A stretch of 55,083 bases of DNA from positions 1 to 55,083 of IMG/VR virus record IMGVR_UViG_3300023284_000540. One strand, 5' to 3'. Shown piece by piece: positions 1 through 8,594 of the stretch. Below the pieces are notes generated by a model that did no database searches, was not told the origin of the DNA, and saw nothing but the letters and a program-made list of their open reading frames with translations. The stretch is from a virus. Taxonomy: Duplodnaviria > Caudoviricetes. A program made the position numbers and the translations under genes. Position 1 is the stretch's first letter, and the number at the start of each line of letters is the position of its first letter.

Positions 1-144
1 TCCGGCACCCCTGCGCGGCGGCCTGTCATCCAACGGCGCACATAAACCTGACGTGGATCAGTCTTGCCTCCCGTAAGCACGTTAGGGATGACTTCGAGCA
101 GAGCATGAGCGGCAAAATCTCGATGGTAATCCATGTCACATTCT
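1..144. repeat. Terminal direct repeat (144 bp), identical to 54940-55083; most likely the assembly overlap of a circular or circularly permuted genome
   Basis: tccggcacccctgcgcggcgg...catgtcacattct occurs at both ends, and an ORF continues in frame across the junction. Confidence 0.95.
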
Positions 145-899
145 ACCTTGATACATTTTGCTCCACCAATAATTTTAGTGTCTCTTTCGTGGAATGTAAG
201 TTGTACATTTGCTTCACCAAATCGCACCTCCTTGTAACTCTTTGTGGCTCCGGGATGAAATATGGCACTGCCAATCTCGGATCGGAATAAGCCCTCAGCC
301 GTAGCCATCTCCACTTGTTCAATTAATTCTGGGGTAGTATATGCAAAGAAGCGATCTTGTGATAATGGCCATATTATCTCCCCCATATAATCCAGAGGCG
401 TACCTGAAGGCAATTGAATAGATTCCATTGCCGTTGCGATGTTAAAGAATGCCGCCCAGAGAGCAGGTCCGGTCCTCATAGACTTCTCATAACTGTACTT
501 TGGCCCAGGCCCACTGTAGAGCAATAGTTTTAGTATTTCTGGGTGAGTGGATTCGACCGCTTTCCGAGCCTCTGCAAAATCAAATATTCCATCATTGGGC
601 AGCAGCATTAGATTAGCATGTTGCCAAGTATTTCTTGACAGTTTAACTGGCGTGATCCCAACCTGAACATGGTTCTTTGCGGACACTATGATCGTATAGT
701 TATCCCCAAAGTTATCAAATACTTGCAACCCTGATAAAGCTATGTTCGGTCCCTTTTTGTGTATTGGCTTCAACTGACGTTGATTCCCGTCAATGATGCG
801 TATCACGAGCGGAACCTTTGATGATATCCACTCACGGGCACCATTAAACACGCTTATCATGATGTTGCCGGTATCAGGACGACTTCTCTTGGGTTTCAT
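1..899 (-). CDS. Hypothetical protein, 5' part of a junction-spanning ~320 aa ORF (join 899->1, 54939->54876); this part is missing from the ORF track
   Basis: Manual translation MKPKRSRPDTGNIMISVFNG...QDRFFAY...FHPGATKSYKEVRFGEANVQLTFHE...DMDYHRD has no stops; GGAGG RBS upstream of the ATG at 899; 963 nt in total. Confidence 0.85.
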   Translation of the reverse strand, partial: MKPKRSRPDTGNIMISVFNGAREWISSKVPLVIRIIDGNQRQLKPIHKKGPNIALSGLQVFDNFGDNYTIIVSAKNHVQVGITPVKLSRNTWQHANLMLLPNDGIFDFAEARKAVESTHPEILKLLLYSGPGPKYSYEKSMRTGPALWAAFFNIATAMESIQLPSGTPLDYMGEIIWPLSQDRFFAYTTPELIEQVEMATAEGLFRSEIGSAIFHPGATKSYKEVRFGEANVQLTFHERDTKIIGGAKCIKVECDMDYHRDFAAHALLEVIPNVLTGGKTDPRQVYVRRWMTGRRAGVP

Positions 900-928
900 G
901 GGTCCTCCAATATGTAATCATTACACTT

Positions 929-2323
929 TCACTTTGGTAAATCCCCCCACGTATCCGCTACAGCTACCCCTGCCCTGATTGGCACGGCCAAGGGTACTCC
1001 TGTCTCGAACCTATCCACCACCAGTTGCCCTAGGTCTTCTACTATATCTTCTCTAGCTTCGAATAGAAGCTCATCATGTAATTGCAATAGAGGATGTATA
1101 ACCTCCATCAAATGACCATTCTCCAAGTCATCCTGTGTGGTAGCCATACCGAGTTTTATGCAACCCTGCGCCCCAGATTGGATGGGGAAGTTACCGGCTT
1201 CCCTCAAGGATGCGCTAACCACCCACTTCAGCACACTACGGATAGCCGCAACATGCAGAACGCGGCCCCACATGTCCCACAGGTATCCTTTCTGCCTGAC
1301 TCTGCGATGATCCTCTGCCCTCATGTCCAGGACGCCAGGATATTTGAGGTAGAAAGAGTTAATTAGGTCCTGGCACTTGTTCTCGTTCCACAGTGACCTG
1401 AACCTGCCACAGTCATGCTTATCTGCTACCTTGTTACAATTGGCGCAGACTACCGGCATCTGTTCCAATAAACCCTTGGCAGTGACATCGTAGAAAGTAG
1501 CCAGCACACAGGTCTTAGCCGGATATCTGTGAGCCATCTTCTCCACTCCGGGGTACTGCCATTTGCCTGAGTGATCTTGATAACGCTGATCTTTTATTTT
1601 AAAGGCGGCGATGGCAAAGTCACTATAGATGTCTTCTCCATTTTGGTACACTTTAAGCAACCCATTGTCTAGACTGCGATGTGCTGTGACACGGGGCTCT
1701 ATCTGAGAGTAGTCAATGGATACTATTTTCCATCCTGGCTTAGTTATGAACCCGCGGCGTACATCCCTGCCACGCTCCGTCCTGGTCGGCATAGCCAGCA
1801 GATTAGGGTCCTTGCAATTTAGTCTGCCACTAGGTACCCTGGTCTGGGTCAAATGCTGGAACATACGATACTCATCCTTCGCCACACGCACGGCCAGGGC
1901 AGGCATGGGAGACACATAAGTACCCTTGAGCTTGCTTAACTCCTTATATTGCTGTATCTTGGGCACTACCGGATGATCGTGTTGGATAGCAGTAAGGACC
2001 TCATCTTCCACACTCTCCCTGGAGCCTGTTGCGGTAAGTTTGAATCGGGCTTGTTGGAGGCCCAGCTTCTTGAACAGCAAATCAGCCACCTGGTCCCCGC
2101 TGTTCAGATTGCAGTAGTAGCCCGTATCAGATTTAATCTCCTCCGTGATCCGGTCCATATCCAGGATAAGTTCCTTCTCCATCTTGGCGAAATGATCCAG
2201 GTCCACCTGCATACCGTTGGACATCATGGAGAGAATCATGGGAACTGCGCCATGATCTATCCGGGCTACGTTGGGGAGACAGGGGCCGTCAACTAGACGA
2301 ACTCCGTTATATAGTCTGGGCAT
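929..2323 (-). CDS. polA: DNA polymerase family A, polymerase domain only (split PolA)
   Basis: Motif A DYSQIEPR, motif B RYPAKTCVLATFY, motif C LQLHDELL; also SGRLNCKDPNL and NFPIQSGA. Confidence 0.95.
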   Translation of the reverse strand: MPRLYNGVRLVDGPCLPNVARIDHGAVPMILSMMSNGMQVDLDHFAKMEKELILDMDRITEEIKSDTGYYCNLNSGDQVADLLFKKLGLQQARFKLTATGSRESVEDEVLTAIQHDHPVVPKIQQYKELSKLKGTYVSPMPALAVRVAKDEYRMFQHLTQTRVPSGRLNCKDPNLLAMPTRTERGRDVRRGFITKPGWKIVSIDYSQIEPRVTAHRSLDNGLLKVYQNGEDIYSDFAIAAFKIKDQRYQDHSGKWQYPGVEKMAHRYPAKTCVLATFYDVTAKGLLEQMPVVCANCNKVADKHDCGRFRSLWNENKCQDLINSFYLKYPGVLDMRAEDHRRVRQKGYLWDMWGRVLHVAAIRSVLKWVVSASLREAGNFPIQSGAQGCIKLGMATTQDDLENGHLMEVIHPLLQLHDELLFEAREDIVEDLGQLVVDRFETGVPLAVPIRAGVAVADTWGDLPK

Positions 2324-2341
2324 TCACCTCCTTATTAATAA

Positions 2342-2551
2342 TTAACAAGACTGTCTACCAATTTCAAGTGGGTCCGAAGGATCAAGGTAACTCGTGACAT
2401 CGATCAACGGCAACCGGGGGAATCGGATGACTCTGGCCGGCGGCGGGATAAATATCTTCTTGGCCCCAGGAACCCATAGGAGCTGGTCAAGATCATAAGT
2501 CATGCCCACTGCTGAGGCGAGGGAACTAAGGATAAAGTCTCTGCGGTTCAT
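2342..2551 (-). CDS. Small protein with twin-arginine-like N-terminus (MNRRDF)
   Basis: RRxF followed by a hydrophobic stretch; GGAG RBS. Confidence 0.55.
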   Translation of the reverse strand: MNRRDFILSSLASAVGMTYDLDQLLWVPGAKKIFIPPPARVIRFPRLPLIDVTSYLDPSDPLEIGRQSC

Positions 2552-2843
2552 TCATCTCCTTCCAAAGTGTAATGATTACATCTCCATGACACGGCCCAGG
2601 CTTGCACCAGCAGCCTAGTATGGCATCAGCGGGCAATTCCCTGATCTCAATCAATATTTTTGGGTCATTAAGCGCGTCCAACTCGAACCCAGTTATGGCT
2701 TCCTCAACTGACCCCACCACTACAACAGGCTTACCTCTAACTGTGGAGAACTTGGTACTTTTATTGGTGTATCTATTGGCTAGGGATGAAGGCCTGCCTA
2801 TGTAGTGGGTGTACTCAGAGTATCTGCAATGTACAACTTTCAT
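2526..2843 (-). CDS. DUF4326-like protein
   Basis: VVHC...YIGRPS...LGCWCKPGPCHGDVI signature. Confidence 0.85.
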   Translation of the reverse strand: MKVVHCRYSEYTHYIGRPSSLANRYTNKSTKFSTVRGKPVVVVGSVEEAITGFELDALNDPKILIEIRELPADAILGCWCKPGPCHGDVIITLWKEMNEPQRLYP

Positions 2844-3160
2844 GATCTCATCAACTCCATGTGATCATGGCCGGGTTCCCAACCTAAAGGCTTGAAAGTT
2901 ACAATGACATTCTTTCCCATCTGTAGTTTGAACCCTTTCTCCTCAGCCGCTTCCTTTATAATTTCCCACTCATGGCGGCCCAGCCATTCCGTAAAAATAT
3001 AAGTATCCATATGTAGTCTGCATATGGCTTCCCCTATAAGGACGGTAGGTCTGTCAGTCTCTACCATTTCATCACTCATCCCCTTGGTTCTGACCGTGGG
3101 TATCTCTATGACAGGTATGAACTTCTGAGGATACCTACAGTTAGGATAGTTGCATAGCAT
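2840..3160 (-). CDS. Hypothetical protein with Cys/His motifs
   Basis: CxxxxC ... CRLH; start placed at MLCNYP after a GGGAG RBS. Confidence 0.55.
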   Translation of the reverse strand: MLCNYPNCRYPQKFIPVIEIPTVRTKGMSDEMVETDRPTVLIGEAICRLHMDTYIFTEWLGRHEWEIIKEAAEEKGFKLQMGKNVIVTFKPLGWEPGHDHMELMRS

Positions 3161-3425
3161 CTTTCTCCCTCTTGGCTGCCTGCTCATACTGTACCTTCTC
3201 TGCAACATGCTTGAGATGGTTCACAGCGGATATGATTTGCTTTATTTGGTCCCCTTGACCGCCTCCTTTATATAAGTATTTGCGGTAAAGGGTAGGGTCC
3301 ACGATAGGGCCTACCGTCTCGGCCATATTAACGGCATTCAACATTTCCTCTGTGGGGACCAAACAAGCCACTCTAGCTATCATCAGAACCATGTCCAAGG
3401 CGACTGCGTACTCTGTTGATTTCAT
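3141..3425 (-). CDS. Hypothetical protein
   Basis: ATGA-coupled to the upstream ORF. Confidence 0.6.
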   Translation of the reverse strand: MKSTEYAVALDMVLMIARVACLVPTEEMLNAVNMAETVGPIVDPTLYRKYLYKGGGQGDQIKQIISAVNHLKHVAEKVQYEQAAKREKDAMQLS

Positions 3426-3607
3426 GGCACCTTCTCTGTATATATTCTCTCCAGGATATCGATCTGCTTATCTGACAAGTGACCAGACCTCTCCAATTGA
3501 TCGAACACACTAGGCAGAAACTCATTCTTCTCCCAATGAGTCAGATTGCGGCCCTGCTCAAGGCAGTCATCTATCCATCGTGTGAGGGTGTCTTGGTTGT
3601 ATCGCAT
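3422..3607 (-). CDS. Hypothetical phage protein (LTxWE..FL...LSxKQ..L family)
   Basis: Motif typical of small phage proteins; operon packing. Confidence 0.7.
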   Translation of the reverse strand: MRYNQDTLTRWIDDCLEQGRNLTHWEKNEFLPSVFDQLERSGHLSDKQIDILERIYTEKVP

Positions 3608-3792
3608 GTGTTCATCATTAGTGAGATGCCTAATGGGTATCCTGGCATGTCTTCAATAGAGCCGAAACCCCCACCTGTAGGATAACTCCCATCTCTGGTC
3701 AATGTTACTGCACAGGCTGATGATTCAAGCATATCTTTAACCATTTTAAGTATCTGATCCTTCTCAAACTGTGTCATCTCAAACTGTGTCAT
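3571..3792 (-). CDS. Hypothetical protein
   Basis: ATGA overlap with the stop of 3789..5153; starts with a 15-bp tandem duplication encoding MTQFE-MTQFE. Confidence 0.45.
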   Translation of the reverse strand: MTQFEMTQFEKDQILKMVKDMLESSACAVTLTRDGSYPTGGGFGSIEDMPGYPLGISLMMNTCDTTKTPSHDG

Positions 3793-5153
3793 GTATCCCC
3801 CCATCTCTCTTGCGGAACCTTCCTTACCTTGGATATCATTCTCTTGAGTAAAGGATACAACCTCAATGTAGAGTCAGAGTCACGGCAGGCGTAGTTGATA
3901 ACCTTGTCGAATGGTACATGGGTTATACACTTGCCAGGATATAGCCCGGCCACTTCCTCTATTGAATCATGCTGCATCTCCCAGTTACCCCAGGATTTGA
4001 ATACATCCTTTTCAGGGTTGTTATCGTAGTCAGTAAAGAATCTTTTTAACTTAGTCTTCATAGACTGAGGTCTGTACGACTTCCACTTCCCTTGTTCATC
4101 TCTTACTAGCTCTTCATCAGGTCTAGGCCAGTCCAATCTATAGGCATCCCTGAAGTACTCCAGGACCTTGGGCAATGAGTAAGGAGTAACTAGGTCGTCA
4201 AAGTCCAGCATGTCCATCCCTAACTCTCTGTAAGCTAAGGCTTTAAGCCCCTGTGGCAGGTTGCCTAGATGGTAGGCCATGACCATAGTATCGACTACTT
4301 TTTTGTGACGAATGTGGAGTCCCATTTTAGAAATAGGAAAGTAGTCATACATCCAATTATGGAATATTATGGGACCCTCCCATTTATTCAAGGAGTCCTG
4401 GAATGCGGCTAGAAGATCAGGTCTGTTGGAGCGTATCAGCCTACCCTCACCTGGATGGTTGGAAAAGGTCAGGCAAAATGGTTCTCTCTTTCTAGTGCTC
4501 TCAGTATCTATAGATAAAGGTTTGTCATACTCCATGAAGAAAGTACCTAGCTCTACCTGATCTTTAATCTCTGAGTAGTCAGGTTCAGGGTATTCGTCCT
4601 GCGGCACTGCTAGCCTATCAGTCAAGAATCTCTTGAGCCTGTACCAGTCTGTCCTGATCTGTAACATCTTCTTGGGCTCATGAATGCCTCTCGCCGGATG
4701 GTACATAGGGAATAGCCAGCCAAATGCCGAGCGCCGTGGTATGCCGTGATGCAGGTCTAAATCTATACTCGGATCAATGGCCCTGCAAGCGAATGCTCCC
4801 ATAGGAATAACAAGCCTATGATCCCTTTCTAGTTCTTTGCTGAGGTGGAATTGAGAGCAGGACTCTAGCAATTCTATGTCCCTCGGCTTACCAGAATCTA
4901 GCTTACCTCCGCGTCCAGGAGGGAGGCATCTAATGGCATTATCGAACCGGCAGTTGGCTCTGCGTAGTCCAGCCAAAGGGAGATAGTGGGCGTTCACTTC
5001 CCATCCTGTCTTGCCAGTAAATGGATGACCGCTCCTATCCTCATCCTTGCCAGGACCCTCTCCAAGGAACAATAAGTCACTATCTTCCGGCCCATCTGGG
5101 GGAACAACGTTATTGATTCCGGGACACTCAGGGCACCGCTCTATTAAAGACAT
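3789..5153 (-). CDS. Family 4 uracil-DNA glycosylase domain fused to a PolA-type 3'-5' exonuclease (N-terminal half of an SPO1-like DNA polymerase)
   Basis: UDG4: CPEC, GEGPGKDED..GHPF.G..G, NAIRC, YHPA. Exonuclease: ExoI IDTE, ExoII HNWMYD, DTM, ExoIII YACRD. Confidence 0.9.
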   Translation of the reverse strand: MSLIERCPECPGINNVVPPDGPEDSDLLFLGEGPGKDEDRSGHPFTGKTGWEVNAHYLPLAGLRRANCRFDNAIRCLPPGRGGKLDSGKPRDIELLESCSQFHLSKELERDHRLVIPMGAFACRAIDPSIDLDLHHGIPRRSAFGWLFPMYHPARGIHEPKKMLQIRTDWYRLKRFLTDRLAVPQDEYPEPDYSEIKDQVELGTFFMEYDKPLSIDTESTRKREPFCLTFSNHPGEGRLIRSNRPDLLAAFQDSLNKWEGPIIFHNWMYDYFPISKMGLHIRHKKVVDTMVMAYHLGNLPQGLKALAYRELGMDMLDFDDLVTPYSLPKVLEYFRDAYRLDWPRPDEELVRDEQGKWKSYRPQSMKTKLKRFFTDYDNNPEKDVFKSWGNWEMQHDSIEEVAGLYPGKCITHVPFDKVINYACRDSDSTLRLYPLLKRMISKVRKVPQERWGDT

Positions 5154-5319
5154 CCTTTTGTCGTCTCTTGTCTAAGGCTAATGCAAGATTCTTGATATTG
5201 AACACACCATCCAGGGTGAATGTGCCGTCACTCTCCTTATACACATAAGGACTAAATACCTCTTGGTCCTTAGACTGGGAGATGAGCCATTCAGCTATGA
5301 ACTGCTCTGTGCCTTTCAT
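5128..5319 (-). CDS. Hypothetical protein
   Basis: AGGAG RBS; operon context. Confidence 0.55.
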   Translation of the reverse strand: MKGTEQFIAEWLISQSKDQEVFSPYVYKESDGTFTLDGVFNIKNLALALDKRRQKDVFNRAVP

Positions 5320-5349
5320 GATTGACTCCTAGACATACTACTTGGAAAT

Positions 5350-5598
5350 CTACGTTTTGGCTAAATTGGAATCCCATTGAACCAAAACTGCACTCATAGC
5401 CATAGAAAGTCGGTCTCTTTGCTGGAGATCTGTGAACCAGAATGTGACGGCTGATCTGTCATCCTCCCCAGGAGTATTATGAAGCTCTGGGGGGGATAGC
5501 AGAAATATTCTGGTTCCGTAGAAATATGTGCCATCGATGTTGTGCATCACATTTACGATTTGCTTGCTGAGTTCTTCAGCGTATACATTGACTCTCAT
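5350..5598 (-). CDS. Conserved small phage protein (MRVNVYAEE...DDRSAVTFW)
   Basis: Recognisable motif; ATGA coupling. Confidence 0.7.
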   Translation of the reverse strand: MRVNVYAEELSKQIVNVMHNIDGTYFYGTRIFLLSPPELHNTPGEDDRSAVTFWFTDLQQRDRLSMAMSAVLVQWDSNLAKT

Positions 5599-5777
5599 TG
5601 TGTCTCCTTGTCTTCCTCATCAGGATTTATGGGTTTCATATTTATGCTACCTAAGAATTCTAGTTCACTGTCACAGTCAATATCAGTCATACTGTGGAAA
5701 TGCCTAGCTACGAGATCAAGAGCCTCGTCTATATCGTCTGCCTCAAAAGAGACATCCACGGTAAGGTGAAATCTCAC
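5595..5777 (-). CDS. Hypothetical acidic protein
   Basis: GTGA coupling; RBS. Confidence 0.6.
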   Translation of the reverse strand: MRFHLTVDVSFEADDIDEALDLVARHFHSMTDIDCDSELEFLGSINMKPINPDEEDKETQ

Positions 5778-5998
5778 TTTGTCTCCTTATCCCTTTCCCC
5801 CCACACAGATATTGACCCATCGCAGTGGCCAGCATCTTCATTGGAATATTCAAATCTCCATTGTGATTTGCGCTTACCGTCCTCTAATGGAAAGTGGTCC
5901 ATGCCAAAAATGTCACCTATGCCCCCTAGCAAGTTCTGTAGAGCAACAGCCATATCCTTAGTCGTAATACTAACCTCAATTCTCATCCATATCTTCAT
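5774..5998 (-). CDS. Hypothetical protein
   Basis: Start MKIWMR overlaps the ERCC4 gene stop (ATGA). Confidence 0.5.
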   Translation of the reverse strand: MKIWMRIEVSITTKDMAVALQNLLGGIGDIFGMDHFPLEDGKRKSQWRFEYSNEDAGHCDGSISVWGERDKETK

Positions 5999-6726
5999 TT
6001 GCTGTTTATCTCCTTCACGATATTCTGGGCCGTCTTGACTCCTATTCCTGGCACCCTCAACCAATCTAACTCATCTGCTTGCGCCAAACTGCTGGCCTTC
6101 TTGAATAGTCTCTCAGCATCTATGCTGTGCTTGACACCCACTCCTGTCAGCTGAGCCGCCCATCTCCTGACTAGACTAGGCTTGCCTCTCATGTCAGGTA
6201 TAGCTAACTTCTGTGTTTCCAACAAGCTAGTATGATTTTCCCACTTCTTCTGGAAGTAGTGATAGCAGTTGCAGATGTTAACTGCTGTATGCTCCAGAGT
6301 CATACTATATGTAATGATTACACCTGAAAGTGATACGCTGAGGAGGTAGCGATAGAGCTTGGAGTACATAACTCTCTGGCTACGATAAACTAGGGGGAAC
6401 CAGCCAGCACCTTTGTTGGTTATTAGCAGACCCTCCCAATTAGGGCCGGAGCCAGCGGCCCAGACACCCTCTATGACTAGGAGACTCTTGTCATACATAT
6501 TCATCATACCTGGCCTCTGGTGAGCAACGTAACGGGCATCGTCAATGCAGTTGAGCATGTCATGTATAGTCTTGCGCTCTATTCCTATAGAAATAATACC
6601 TTTAGGTCCCTTGCCTTCGAAACATACATCACCGAACTCTAGCTGTGTTAGCTCAGCATGGACGCCTAGTCTTTTGATTGGGGGGAGCAGTTCCGCGCTA
6701 CCCACGCGAGAATCGATGAAGATCAT
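5995..6726 (-). CDS. ERCC4/XPF-family structure-specific nuclease with C-terminal helix-hairpin-helix
   Basis: IDSR, GD, IERKTIHD, IEG; HhH motifs LTGVG and VPGIGVKTA; ATGA-coupled start. Confidence 0.88.
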   Translation of the reverse strand: MIFIDSRVGSAELLPPIKRLGVHAELTQLEFGDVCFEGKGPKGIISIGIERKTIHDMLNCIDDARYVAHQRPGMMNMYDKSLLVIEGVWAAGSGPNWEGLLITNKGAGWFPLVYRSQRVMYSKLYRYLLSVSLSGVIITYSMTLEHTAVNICNCYHYFQKKWENHTSLLETQKLAIPDMRGKPSLVRRWAAQLTGVGVKHSIDAERLFKKASSLAQADELDWLRVPGIGVKTAQNIVKEINSK

Positions 6727-7238
6727 TTGCCGGATTGCCTCCATGCGAATCCCTTCTTTGTCAGCAGCCACCACGTAAACTCCTTATCCTTCGGGTTTGG
6801 GTTTGGTTGGGCTTCTACATAACCATTATTAACTAGTTCATCAAGGGCTATGTATTTGTCCCCAGCAGTATCAGTAAGCGTTCCACAGGGCCATATTCCC
6901 TTCAGCAGATGCTTGGCTGCTTCAGATAGTTTATCCTTCGGATTGGGTTGGGCCTTATGGATGGCTGGTGTCGAAAGGTCTGCCCATGTAGACCTATCCG
7001 AAGCCACCTTCTCGGTGCTGACTATAGGGGATTTAACCAGCGCCATCTTTAGCCTTTCCAGTTTGATCCACTCCACCAAGGACCAGCCACACACATCCAC
7101 CAATTCTGACTGAATCTCGGCTATTCCGTCTATATGGCTGATATTAAACGACTTGTCTCCATAGGTGCTGTGACCTGTTTCCATCTTGGAGTAGAGTTGC
7201 TGCATGAAGTCCATGAAGTAAGGCTTGAATGTTGACAT
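6723..7238 (-). CDS. MazG-like/all-alpha NTP-pyrophosphatase-like N-terminus fused to a small winged-helix-like C-terminal domain
   Basis: G..TYG...EIQSELVD pattern; C-terminal LVNNGYV...WLLTKKG. Confidence 0.5.
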   Translation of the reverse strand: MSTFKPYFMDFMQQLYSKMETGHSTYGDKSFNISHIDGIAEIQSELVDVCGWSLVEWIKLERLKMALVKSPIVSTEKVASDRSTWADLSTPAIHKAQPNPKDKLSEAAKHLLKGIWPCGTLTDTAGDKYIALDELVNNGYVEAQPNPNPKDKEFTWWLLTKKGFAWRQSGK

Positions 7239-7460
7239 CTACAACTCCTGACTTGTGTAGGCGGTATTCCATGCAACACCTACGGCAGTGAGTACCCATT
7301 GATACTTGTACGGCTCCGACATTGAGCTTATGTCCACATGGCGTATGTACCCTTGGTGATACAATTTCTCCATCGCTTCCATTTCTGTAACATGAAAGCG
7401 ATCACGGGGCCACTTGCCCCTGAGCAGGCTTAACATTTTCTGTTCCATTAGAGCCCCCAT
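7239..7460 (-). CDS. Small winged-helix-like protein, paralogous to the C-terminus of 6723..7238
   Basis: LLRGKWP...L...GYI...WVLTAVG.AW versus LLKGIWP...L...GYV...WLLTKKG.AW. Confidence 0.6.
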   Translation of the reverse strand: MGALMEQKMLSLLRGKWPRDRFHVTEMEAMEKLYHQGYIRHVDISSMSEPYKYQWVLTAVGVAWNTAYTSQEL

Positions 7461-8281
7461 TCTTTTAGACTAACATTAGGGTAGATAGTCTGAACCAGCC
7501 CCGCAAAGTTGCAGTCATCTCCCCATAGTTCTAATCCTTCTTTAGTTGTATCTGACTTACAAGTAAGGATACGAAGACCCCATTGAGGGGAGATTTCCTT
7601 CTTGCGGACCTTACTGTATCGTGCTGGCCGGTAGAGGTGTCCTATCTGAATGTGCCAGAGGTAAGTCTGATCCTTAAACCCTTGACGCTCCATTTTACCC
7701 GTAGGTATGCCAATCTCCTCACCTTTGTTATTCAGTTTGGTTTCATAGGCTTCCTTCATCTTGTTGGTGGCTATGATAATCTTCTTGGAGTCCCATGCTC
7801 TTGCTACCATAGCTCTCCTGGCGGAGTTTATATTGCCGTATCTAAAAGGGGGGACGTGATCCAACCTACCAAACGCAGCCAGACGCTGTAGCTCCCAGGA
7901 GTCGCTGTCACCATCTAATCCTATGGTGAGGGCGTCAGGGTTATTTAATGCTTGCATATAGACAGAGTAGAAGGCATTCCAATACTCCCCAAATTGTTCT
8001 TGGGATGCCTGTGTGGCCAAAGGAGCGGCAATCACTTTCACGGCGAAGTCATCTCTTCTGGCCCGAGGAGGATTAGGATTGTCCAAAGTGGAATCTATGC
8101 CCCTGTCGAGACAGATCACGATACCAGGGCCGGGGGCGGACAGTATGAACTCTGTCTTACCTGTATTAGTCAGTCCTTCAGTACCTATCATCAATCTGCG
8201 GGTGTTACGAAAGGTATCGAGGGGCTGGAATCCATCTCGCCCAAATGACTTAGGCAGGGGCATTAGTATCCCCCTGTGCAT
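7448..8281 (-). CDS. P-loop ATPase (AAA_24/Sak4-like recombination protein)
   Basis: Walker A GLTNTGKT, IGLDG as Walker B-like; next to an exonuclease gene. Confidence 0.75.
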   Translation of the reverse strand: MHRGILMPLPKSFGRDGFQPLDTFRNTRRLMIGTEGLTNTGKTEFILSAPGPGIVICLDRGIDSTLDNPNPPRARRDDFAVKVIAAPLATQASQEQFGEYWNAFYSVYMQALNNPDALTIGLDGDSDSWELQRLAAFGRLDHVPPFRYGNINSARRAMVARAWDSKKIIIATNKMKEAYETKLNNKGEEIGIPTGKMERQGFKDQTYLWHIQIGHLYRPARYSKVRKKEISPQWGLRILTCKSDTTKEGLELWGDDCNFAGLVQTIYPNVSLKEWGL

Positions 8282-8317
8282 ACGTGAGAGTATAGCATGT
8301 TAAGTTAATATTGTCAA
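8281..8317 (-). promoter_or_regulatory. Sigma70-type promoter TTGACA-N17-TATACT with extended -10 and CTCACGTA downstream
   Basis: -35 at 8317-8312, -10 at 8294-8289. Confidence 0.75.
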
Positions 8318-8321
8318 GCAT

Positions 8322-8594
8322 TTATCTATTATTCCTTCCCTGTGGCGTTTGCTTATGCAATCTCTTCTTCATTGAAGATAACTCGCTGCCAATTTTCCAT
8401 ATCAGGGTCAACTTTGCCAGTTCCTCTTTCTTCAATCTATCTATGTCGTTCCTTAATCTGGTATTGACACTGGTCAGCACCTCTATGCTGATTGTCACCA
8501 ACACCAGACACAGAACAAGTGACCAATGATAGTAACTAGCTATAATAAGTAGTAACACCCCAGTCAGGGATAACCGAACGAGCCATACAATCAT
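8322..8594 (-). CDS. Small membrane protein (2 TM)
   Basis: Two hydrophobic segments; ATGA coupling. Confidence 0.55.
   Translation of the reverse strand: MIVWLVRLSLTGVLLLIIASYYHWSLVLCLVLVTISIEVLTSVNTRLRNDIDRLKKEELAKLTLIWKIGSELSSMKKRLHKQTPQGRNNR

Noticed and set aside
1-144. Biological direct terminal repeat of the virion DNA
   Set aside because: It falls in the middle of a gene and its length is typical of assembler overlap. A PBSX-like terminase suggests headful packaging.
2324-3788. Group I intron interrupting the polymerase
   Set aside because: The interval is filled with coupled small ORFs, the polymerase part has its own RBS and start codon, and no homing endonuclease is present there.
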